Source: a virus
Lineage: Duplodnaviria; Caudoviricetes
DNA length: 64,000 bases
IMG/VR virus record: IMGVR_UViG_3300033066_000581
Coordinates: 1-64,000 of that record
Reading direction: 5' to 3' (one strand)
Every line of letters starts with the position of its first letter. Position 1 is the stretch's first letter. Positions 47,883-55,713 of the stretch are shown in pieces. The notes below the pieces were generated by a model. That model was not told where the DNA came from. It saw only the letters and a list, made by a program, of their open reading frames with translations, and did not search any database. Made by a program: the position numbers and the translations under genes.

Positions 47883-49583
47883 ATGGCAACTAGCCGCGAC
47901 TTTGTAGTCAAAAATGGCCTTGTGGTCAATAACCAGATCAACGTAGCCACCGGTGTGTACGTTGGGGCAAACGTTACGATCAACACGACAGCTATCGTGA
48001 TCGGTAACTCAACCGTTAACACCGTCATCAACTCATCCTCGATCACTGCCCCAGCCCAAGCTTATACCAACATCAGCGTTTCAGATACCGCTAACGTTGG
48101 GTCTAACGTTTCCGTCAACACCTCTGCCCTTTTCATCGGCAACTCGACCGTCAACACGACAGCCAATTCGTCGACAGTCTCCACCGGGGCTGGGTCATTT
48201 TCTGCCAACATCTCCGTGGGGTCTAACGTTAAGATCTCCACAGTTGGTACGTCGTGGGGTAACGCAACAGTCAACGTTGTGGCCAACTCGGTTGCATTGA
48301 AGCTTTCGAACTCAACATCCAACATCACGATCTCTGTCCCTGCAGCAGCAGACGTCTCAGCAACGAACGTCTTCTTGCATGCCAACGGTTCGTACGTCGC
48401 AGTAACGTCAGGTGGGGGATCCGGAACTCCAGGTGGATCAAACACGTACGTACAGTTCAACGATTCTGGTGCGTTTGGCGCTACTGCGGGACTAGTATTC
48501 AACAAGACTACGAATACGGTATCCTTTGGCAATACTACGGTTAACTCAACCGTCAACTCAACAGCTGTTGCCTACACAAACTCCACAATAACAGCGTCAT
48601 ATAGCACCCTAGGATTCAGCTTTGGTAATACTACAGCCAACGCCATAATGAATACAACTTCCTTGGTGTTTGGCAACACAACAGTAAATGCCTCGATGAA
48701 TACCTCAGTTCTTACTATAGGAACTGCTGCAGTTACGACAAATAGCGCTGTAGGAGCCAACGTCTATTCAAACACGACTGCCAGCTTTATTGGCAACTCA
48801 ACAGTCAATACAGTACTTACTAGCACGGGATTGGTTATCTCCGGAAACCTGAGCGTCAACTCCACTACGTTTACCGTCGGTAACTCAACAGTCAATACAA
48901 CTGCCAACTCATCATCGCTGTCGATCATCACTATTGCGGCTTCGAACACGGTTTCTGTTGGAGCGAACGTTGTCATCACCACATCAACCATAAACCTAGG
49001 TAACTCCACGGTTAATGCCGTAATCAACTCCACTGGATATTCTCTGCCGGCCGTTGGGGTTATGGCCATCGGTAACTCCACGGTTAACGTGTCTTCCAAC
49101 TCTACGGTGTTGTCTGCTGCAGCCTTATCAATCGCCGCTAACGTATCGGTCGGAGCCAACTTATCGGTCAATACATCGACCATTACTATAGGCAACTCCA
49201 CCATCAATTCTACCGCCAACTCCACGGTAATCAAGAGCGGAGAAATCCGGGCTACTGGTGAATTGATCTCCTCATATTCTGATATTAGATTAAAGAAGGA
49301 CATCGAGCTAATCGACAACGCCTTGGAAAAGGTGAAAAGTCTCAGAGGCGTTTATTTCAGACCAAACGATTTGGCGGTTTCATATGGATATGAAGACATC
49401 AGACATGTGGGATTAATTGCCCAAGAGGTCCAGGCAATTCTTCCAGAAGTCATCCGCCAGGCCCCCATCGATGGTGACTATATCACCATTCTATACGCAA
49501 ACCTTGTAGCACTGTTGGTGGAATCAGTTAAAGAGCTTGCTGAAAAGATCGAAAATAAGTCATGTGCGTGTGGGTGTAACTAA
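47883..49583 (+). CDS. Tail fibre with GNSTVN repeats and a C-terminal intramolecular chaperone (peptidase S74-like)
   Basis: DFVVKNGL, VQFNDSG, YSDIRLKKDI...GLIAQEV..ILPEV...Y..LVALLVESVKEL. Confidence 0.85.
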   Translation: MATSRDFVVKNGLVVNNQINVATGVYVGANVTINTTAIVIGNSTVNTVINSSSITAPAQAYTNISVSDTANVGSNVSVNTSALFIGNSTVNTTANSSTVSTGAGSFSANISVGSNVKISTVGTSWGNATVNVVANSVALKLSNSTSNITISVPAAADVSATNVFLHANGSYVAVTSGGGSGTPGGSNTYVQFNDSGAFGATAGLVFNKTTNTVSFGNTTVNSTVNSTAVAYTNSTITASYSTLGFSFGNTTANAIMNTTSLVFGNTTVNASMNTSVLTIGTAAVTTNSAVGANVYSNTTASFIGNSTVNTVLTSTGLVISGNLSVNSTTFTVGNSTVNTTANSSSLSIITIAASNTVSVGANVVITTSTINLGNSTVNAVINSTGYSLPAVGVMAIGNSTVNVSSNSTVLSAAALSIAANVSVGANLSVNTSTITIGNSTINSTANSTVIKSGEIRATGELISSYSDIRLKKDIELIDNALEKVKSLRGVYFRPNDLAVSYGYEDIRHVGLIAQEVQAILPEVIRQAPIDGDYITILYANLVALLVESVKELAEKIENKSCACGCN

Positions 49584-50239
49584 TGGTTCTTCAGGCTAGT
49601 GGCCAAATAAGCATGGGAGACATCGTTGCCGAGTTTGGCGGAGTTGCCCAGCATGCCTTATCAGAATACTATAAGGGTGGAGCTTACGTTCAAAATATTG
49701 CGCAAAACGCAGCAGTACCTACGTCTGGCCAGATCAAACTATCAGATTTCTATGGCGCCGGTAATATTTCTGATCACACTAACACTATAGAAATGTACGC
49801 CGAATCTGAAAGCTATGCGATCCCCATAGGTGGTGGTGAGGGCGTGCCGGTGGAATATGGAACACATACCGATGCCGGATATGCCAACTCGGTTATCGGG
49901 ACACTACCACACTCAGCAGTAACTCCTAACCCCTACACCTACGCTGGTGGTACCGGCGGAGCCCAAACTATCACAGTTCAATCTATCGTCTATTCAGGCA
50001 GTGAGATCGAAGCGTATACACTTCAGCTTCAACTAACATGCCCAACCACGATGAACACCGCTTCGAATACCATCTTCAAATCCTTCTTGGATAGAGCATC
50101 AGGCGTTGTTTATGACAGAACTAGTACTGGTTTCACGATTTCACCAAACGGGACAACCGTGTATATCTCTTGGGACTCAAACAACACATTCTACGCCAAC
50201 AATACGTTCTATCACCCCGTGATCACCAACACATACTAA
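49583..50239 (+). CDS. Tail-fibre-associated protein
   Basis: SGQISMGDI..EFGG....LSEYY...VPTSGQI.LSDFYG. Confidence 0.65.
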   Translation: MVLQASGQISMGDIVAEFGGVAQHALSEYYKGGAYVQNIAQNAAVPTSGQIKLSDFYGAGNISDHTNTIEMYAESESYAIPIGGGEGVPVEYGTHTDAGYANSVIGTLPHSAVTPNPYTYAGGTGGAQTITVQSIVYSGSEIEAYTLQLQLTCPTTMNTASNTIFKSFLDRASGVVYDRTSTGFTISPNGTTVYISWDSNNTFYANNTFYHPVITNTY

Positions 50240-50251
50240 GGAGAGTGACAA

Positions 50252-50995
50252 ATGGCAGTGCCAACCACACGGGATGAGTTTAGGGCTTTTTGCTTACGCA
50301 AATTGGGATTTCCTGTCATCGAAATCAATGTGGACGCAGATCAGGTAGAGGATCGCATCGACGAAGCCCTGAAGTACTATTATGACTACCATTTCGACGG
50401 TGCTGAGATGACGTATTACAAACATCAGATCACCACCACAGACATTACGAACAAATATATCACGCTCCCTGAGAATATCATCGGGGCGGTGAGGATCTTT
50501 CCATTGGGCGTTGGTGGCGGCGCCGGAAACGTGTTCTCTATGGAATACCAGATCTCGTTGGATGCCTGGGCTCAGATGTATGTCGGGGGCGGATTAGTTT
50601 CGTATTTCCTTAACAGACAAAACCTGGCGCTCGTACAGGAACTCCTGGTCGGCCAAAAGCCCATCAGATACACCAGACACAAAGATCGAGTCTACGTCGA
50701 TATGAATTGGGATGCATCCCTGGAAAATCAATGGCTGATCGTTGAGGCGTATGAAATCGTTGACCCAGACGTGTATACAGATGCTTGGGGCGACCGTTGG
50801 TTGGCCAATTATACCACAGCTTTGATCAAGCGGCAGTGGGGGTCAAATTTGACCAAATTCGTTGGCATGCAACTTCCTGGTGGAGTTACGTACAACGGCG
50901 AGAAGATTCTCGATGATGCGGTCAACGAGATCCGAGATCTAGAGCAACGCATGGCCATGGAATTCAGTTTGCCGCCATTAGACAGAACTGGATAA
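50252..50995 (+). CDS. gp13: Neck protein gp13
   Basis: CLRKLG.PVIEINVD..QVEDRIDEAL, KRQWG.NL.KF.G.QLPGG. Confidence 0.93.
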   Translation: MAVPTTRDEFRAFCLRKLGFPVIEINVDADQVEDRIDEALKYYYDYHFDGAEMTYYKHQITTTDITNKYITLPENIIGAVRIFPLGVGGGAGNVFSMEYQISLDAWAQMYVGGGLVSYFLNRQNLALVQELLVGQKPIRYTRHKDRVYVDMNWDASLENQWLIVEAYEIVDPDVYTDAWGDRWLANYTTALIKRQWGSNLTKFVGMQLPGGVTYNGEKILDDAVNEIRDLEQRMAMEFSLPPLDRTG

Positions 50996-51000
50996 TCATC

Positions 51001-51735
51001 ATCGTTACGTCAGTCTATTTTTCTAATTTTCAGAACTCACAAGAGCAACAACTCATTGAAGACCTAGTGGTGGAGTCAATTTCCCACTACGGTCACGATG
51101 TATACTATATTCCTAAAACTATAGTTGAGTTTGATGCAGTATACGGTGAAGACCCACTTTCAGTATACTCAAATCCGTGTCTTGTAGACATGTATATCAA
51201 GAACGTTGAAGGATTTGCCGGAGATGGTGACTTTCTCTCCAAGTTTAATATTCAGATCCGTGACCAAATTACATTTACTGTTGCTCGTCGTAAATTTCAA
51301 GAAGACGTGGGTGCTTACGTAGACATCTCAAGACCCAGAGAAGGTGACTTGATCTATTTTCCGTTGAATGGAAAGCTTTTCCAAATCAAGTTTGTTGAGC
51401 ATGAAGCCATCTTTTATCAGATGGGGTCTTTACAGACCTATGATATTCGATGCGAGCTGTTCGAATATTCTGGCGAACGACTTGAGACCGGCATCGATAT
51501 CATCGATAACCTTGAAAAGAAGTATTCGACTTCCATGGATGTCTATGATATATTGACCGACGATGATCTAGTAATTACTGACTCTGATGGGTTTGCTATC
51601 ATCCAATCAGCTTATGACCTTGAGACTCAGGTCGGAGATTCTTTCTCCGATACTGATGAACTACAGGCCGAGGCCGATGCGATCATTGATTGGACAGATG
51701 TCGACGTTTTCTCAGAAGGTGAGGCAGGTATCTAA
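51001..51735 (+). CDS. gp14: Neck protein gp14 (conserved N-terminus extends upstream of the first GTG at 51067)
   Basis: YFSNF.NSQEQ.LIEDL..ESI..YG.DVYY, RPREGDLIYFP, FVEHE..FYQ.G. Confidence 0.9.
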   Translation: MVTSVYFSNFQNSQEQQLIEDLVVESISHYGHDVYYIPKTIVEFDAVYGEDPLSVYSNPCLVDMYIKNVEGFAGDGDFLSKFNIQIRDQITFTVARRKFQEDVGAYVDISRPREGDLIYFPLNGKLFQIKFVEHEAIFYQMGSLQTYDIRCELFEYSGERLETGIDIIDNLEKKYSTSMDVYDILTDDDLVITDSDGFAIIQSAYDLETQVGDSFSDTDELQAEADAIIDWTDVDVFSEGEAGI

Positions 51736-52566
51736 ATGTTTACTGAAACCTTTTTCCACAACACCATCAGAAAATACGTAGCCCTTTTTGGCACACTGTT
51801 CAACGGGATCTATATCAACCGAGTTGACTCCAATGACGAAACTATCCAAAGCCTTAAGGTACCGTTAACATATGGACCCAAAGAAAAGATGCTGGCCAGG
51901 CTGTACGGTGACCCTGAACTCAACCGGGCTCCTGCTATAGTTCTTCCTATCATCTCATTTGAGATGGGGGCGTTAACCTACGATGGCAGCCGCAAAGCAA
52001 CGACTCGTGGAAAATTTTACTCCGTTGCAGATTCAGCCAAATCCAGGAAGCTTTATCAGTACAACCCTGTACCATATAACATTGACTTCACCGTATCCAT
52101 CCTGGCGAAGAACCAGGCTGACGCCACGCGCATCGTAGAGCAAATTCTTCCGTACTTTACCCCAGAATTTACACTATCTGCGACACTCATTCCTGAACTC
52201 GGCGTAGTACAGGACGTCCCAGTTGTGCTTACGGGCGTCTCACAGGAGGATGTGTACGAGGGAGATTTTGATGGCCGCAGAACTATTACGTGGACACTCC
52301 AATTCACTCTGAAGGGATACCTTTACGGGCCCACGAAAAGAATTGAAGCAATCAAGACTGCCATCGTCAATCTATTTCCAGTTTCTGGTGATATCGATGA
52401 TGCTATCGGCAACGGGGTCGAATATGAAACCATCACAACAACTCCCGGATTAACAGCCAACGGCGAACCCACCTCTAATTCATCTGCGTCTATTGGGGTG
52501 GCAAACATTGATGCAGATGATAACTATGGGTATATAATAGAGTTTGATGAGGAATTTGATGCGTAA
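51736..52566 (+). CDS. gp15: Tail sheath stabiliser gp15
   Basis: IRKYVALFGTLFN, VPLTYGPKEK, PVPYN, EQILPYF.P. Confidence 0.93.
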   Translation: MFTETFFHNTIRKYVALFGTLFNGIYINRVDSNDETIQSLKVPLTYGPKEKMLARLYGDPELNRAPAIVLPIISFEMGALTYDGSRKATTRGKFYSVADSAKSRKLYQYNPVPYNIDFTVSILAKNQADATRIVEQILPYFTPEFTLSATLIPELGVVQDVPVVLTGVSQEDVYEGDFDGRRTITWTLQFTLKGYLYGPTKRIEAIKTAIVNLFPVSGDIDDAIGNGVEYETITTTPGLTANGEPTSNSSASIGVANIDADDNYGYIIEFDEEFDA

Positions 52567-52984
52567 TAGTATGGCGAAGGTCTTGAATGTGACACCAGTA
52601 GTAATTACCACCAAAGATGATAGACAACTACCTGATATCCCAGCAATCAAGCTAACCGGGGAAAAACAGGAAGCCGTTGATATCATCGACGGGGCTAAGG
52701 AGTCCATCTTTGAGGTGATCAAGACTGGGGAAGGCGCTTTAGAAGCTGCAGCTGAAATTGCCGGCCAGTCCCAGAATGCTAAGGATCTTGAGGTTGTTGG
52801 TAAATTGATGGACAGCATCGTGAATGCCAACAAAGTTCTGGTTGATATCAGTAAGCGTAAAGTGGATATGCATAAGCAGGAAGCCAACAACTCAACTGGC
52901 CCCATCGCCAACAATATCTTCGTTGGGTCGACAGCAGATCTATATAAGATGCTGCAAAAGATGGATGAAGATAGTGCTGGATAA
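52559..52984 (+). CDS. gp16: Terminase small subunit gp16
   Basis: EVVGKL, NNIFVGSTADL.KML; position before gp17. Confidence 0.85.
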   Translation: MRNSMAKVLNVTPVVITTKDDRQLPDIPAIKLTGEKQEAVDIIDGAKESIFEVIKTGEGALEAAAEIAGQSQNAKDLEVVGKLMDSIVNANKVLVDISKRKVDMHKQEANNSTGPIANNIFVGSTADLYKMLQKMDEDSAG

Positions 52985-53876
52985 GCCTACAACCTATAAC
53001 GGCAATATCAACCTCAAAAGATCAAACGTTGAGCAGACCTTTACTGCTGAAGAGATCTTTGAGCTGGCTAAATGTCGTAAAGATCCAATCTACTTCATCA
53101 GAAAGTACTGTAAGATCATCAACGTCGATGCCGGGTTGATCCTGTTCGAACTTTGGGATTTCCAAGAAGAGATGATCCTCAGTTTCGACGCCAATAGGTT
53201 CAATATAGCCAAGATGCCACGTCAGGTGGGAAAGACGACTACCGTGGCTGCGTATTTCATGTGGAAGGTTCTATTCTCTGAAAACTATTCGATCGCCATC
53301 CTGGCCCACAAGGCTGCTCAGGCCCGAGAGATCCTCGGTCGTATCCAACTGATGTATGAAAACCTCCCCAAATATATGCAAGTAGGGGTCGTTATCTGGA
53401 ACAAAGGATCGATCGAACTGGAGAACGGTTCCAAGATCATGACCGCCGCCACGTCCAACAACGGACTTCGTGGTGGGTCATATAACTGCATCTACCTCGA
53501 CGAGTTTGCGTTCGTACCCAACAACATCCAGGAGGAATTCTGGGCTTCTGTGTATCCAACCATCTCGTCTGGTACGACAACCAAGATCATCATCACATCA
53601 ACCCCGAATGGCCTCAACCTTTTCTATAAGATCTGGGTAGACTCGGAAGAGGACAGAAACAGCTACGTTAGAGTTTCTGTGCACTGGTCTAACGTTCCAG
53701 GAAGAACCCAGGAATGGGCTAAAGAACAGATCCGGAACACCTCTCAGGAACAGTTCAACCAAGAGTTCGAATGTGTTGATGGGTCAACACTATTAACCAT
53801 TTTAGATCGTGATACCGGAGTAATAATGGAGATTAGAGCAGATGAACTATGGGAATTTCTTAGTGTGAATTCATAG
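52965..53876 (+). CDS. gp17: Terminase large subunit N part (ATPase) plus a short 34-aa split-intein N fragment (53772-53873)
   Basis: PRQVGKTT, YLDEFAFV, ITSTPNG, QEFE|CVDGST. Confidence 0.95.
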   Translation: MKIVLDKPTTYNGNINLKRSNVEQTFTAEEIFELAKCRKDPIYFIRKYCKIINVDAGLILFELWDFQEEMILSFDANRFNIAKMPRQVGKTTTVAAYFMWKVLFSENYSIAILAHKAAQAREILGRIQLMYENLPKYMQVGVVIWNKGSIELENGSKIMTAATSNNGLRGGSYNCIYLDEFAFVPNNIQEEFWASVYPTISSGTTTKIIITSTPNGLNLFYKIWVDSEEDRNSYVRVSVHWSNVPGRTQEWAKEQIRNTSQEQFNQEFECVDGSTLLTILDRDTGVIMEIRADELWEFLSVNS

Positions 53877-53880
53877 GATT

Positions 53881-53910
53881 TATAAATATTCTCTGTTGGA
53901 GGAGAATATG
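53881..53910 (+). promoter_or_regulatory. Late promoter TATAAATA plus hairpin ATATTCTC/GAGAATAT covering the RBS and ATG of the HEG
   Basis: Perfect 8-bp stem 53886-53893/53902-53909. Confidence 0.85.
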
Positions 53911-54510
53911 CCAGTAGTATACAAAATTACAAGAACAGACGGGCTTGAATATATTGGAATTGCAATATCATTTAAAAATAGGTTGGCGACCCATAGATTA
54001 AGTACTAGATTTTCTTCCGGAATACTAGAAAGCAAGATCTTGTATGAAGGAACATATCAAGAATGTTGGGATAAAGAAGAAGAGTATATCAAAGAATATG
54101 ACACATACAACAACGGTCTCAATCTAACTATTAACGGTAAGGGGATGAATCCTAAATCAACACTAGGATTCAAATTTTCGGCTGAAAGTAGACAGCGTAT
54201 GTCTGAAGCTAAGAAAAATTACATCCCATGGAATGTTGGGAAAAAATATTCAATGTCAGAGGACGTTCGAGCCCGTCGAAAAGGAAAACGCTGCTCTTCA
54301 AAATTATCGATCGATGATGTGAAAAGTATCCGAGCTGAATATGAATTGCGCAATGATATCGAGTTGCTCAGTGCTGTTGGGACCATTGCAAAAAACGGAA
54401 TTCCAATAACATATGAAATTGCATTCATCAATAAACACCACAAACGATATAATCTAACAACAACCGGAATGAAGAATATCTTAAGAAGAAAGTCCTGGGC
54501 AGATGTATAG
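53908..54510 (+). mobile_element. Free-standing GIY-YIG homing endonuclease (NUMOD3-like) between the gp17 halves
   Basis: VVYKITRTDGLEYIG...RL..H, EE.YI, GLN.T..G, SAESRQRMSEAKK..IPWN.G. Confidence 0.88.
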
Positions 54511-55645
54511 ACGTAATAATCGATTTTCAATATTGACGCCTGATGGCTGGTCTGATTTTTCTGGGCTACAAAAGACCACTAAGCAACTTTCATATGTTGT
54601 AAAAACCAATGAATCTTCGCTTATTTGTAGTCAAAAACACCAATTATCGACGACGACTGGGTGGAAATTAGCAAAGGACTTGGTCATTGGTGATTTTGTT
54701 TATGGACAAGATAGTATTCAAGAAGTAAAATCTATAGATTTGGTTCATGGTAATAATGAATTCTATGAATGCATCGATGTAGAAAAGCAAAAACAATATT
54801 ACACCAACGGATTACTATCACACAACTGCGAGTTCCTAGGCAGCTCGATGACTCTGATCAGCGCCGTTGTGTTAAGACGACTAGTTCACAGGAACCCGGT
54901 CGGGAACTTCAACACCATCAAGATCTACAAAGAGCCAGACCCAGCCGGAACCTATATAATTGTCGCTGACGTGGCCAGAGGTGTTGGCGGTGACTATTCA
55001 GCCTTCGTGGTCTTTGACGTAACCAAGTTCCCGTACCAGCAGGTGGCAGTCTATCGAAGTAACCTGGTCTCACCGCTGATCTTCCCCAACTTCATCTTTT
55101 CTGCGGCCAAGCATTACAACAATGCACTGGTTCTGATCGAGACCAACGATATTGGTGGTCAGGTGGCAGATATCCTCCATTACGACCTGGAATACGAGGG
55201 AGTTATTTCATCAACTAACTCAGGAAGAGATGGACAGGTAGTAGGCGGTGGGTTCTCTGGTGGATTTCACTTTGGGGTTAGGACAACAAAGTCAGTCAAG
55301 CGAATCGGGTGTGCCAACTTCAAATCGTTGGTCGAAGGCGATCAGCTTATCATTAACGACTACCAAACCATCTACGAGATGTCCAGATTTTCCCAGAAGG
55401 GCCAATCATACGAAGCCGAGGAAGGCCATGATGATATGGTTATGTGTTGTGTTCTGTTCTCATGGTTAACAAATCAGGCGTATTTCAAGGCTATTACTGA
55501 GAATGACGTCAGATTGTCGTTGTATGAGAAGAACGTCCAAATGATTGAAGAAGAGATGATTCCGTTTGGAATATTCGATGACGGTAATGAGCCGGCGGAG
55601 AACATTGAACCTATGCCTGTTTATAAAGATGAATTCTCTTGGTGA
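54503..55645 (+). CDS. gp17: 108-aa split-intein C fragment (54503-54826) plus terminase large subunit C part (nuclease)
   Basis: ILTPDGW..F.G, CSQKH, YYTNGLLSHN|CEFLGS; DVARGVGGDYSAF, IETND.G, HDDMVM. Confidence 0.95.
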   Translation: MYRRNNRFSILTPDGWSDFSGLQKTTKQLSYVVKTNESSLICSQKHQLSTTTGWKLAKDLVIGDFVYGQDSIQEVKSIDLVHGNNEFYECIDVEKQKQYYTNGLLSHNCEFLGSSMTLISAVVLRRLVHRNPVGNFNTIKIYKEPDPAGTYIIVADVARGVGGDYSAFVVFDVTKFPYQQVAVYRSNLVSPLIFPNFIFSAAKHYNNALVLIETNDIGGQVADILHYDLEYEGVISSTNSGRDGQVVGGGFSGGFHFGVRTTKSVKRIGCANFKSLVEGDQLIINDYQTIYEMSRFSQKGQSYEAEEGHDDMVMCCVLFSWLTNQAYFKAITENDVRLSLYEKNVQMIEEEMIPFGIFDDGNEPAENIEPMPVYKDEFSW

Positions 55646-55668
55646 CAATTACCTAAGTTCTTGCATTC

Positions 55669-55676
55669 TATAAATA
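55669..55676 (+). promoter_or_regulatory. Late promoter TATAAATA
   Basis: Exact consensus before gp18. Confidence 0.85.
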
Positions 55677-55713
55677 TCGGTAGAATATTCTACTCATATA
55701 GGAGCTCCATAAT

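Noticed and set aside
47810-49318. Minus-strand ORFs with TVELP repeats
   Set aside because: Antisense translation of the GNSTV repeats
52824-52964. Extended N-terminus of the gp17 ORF
   Set aside because: Overlaps gp16 in another frame; terminase-like sequence begins near 52965-52974
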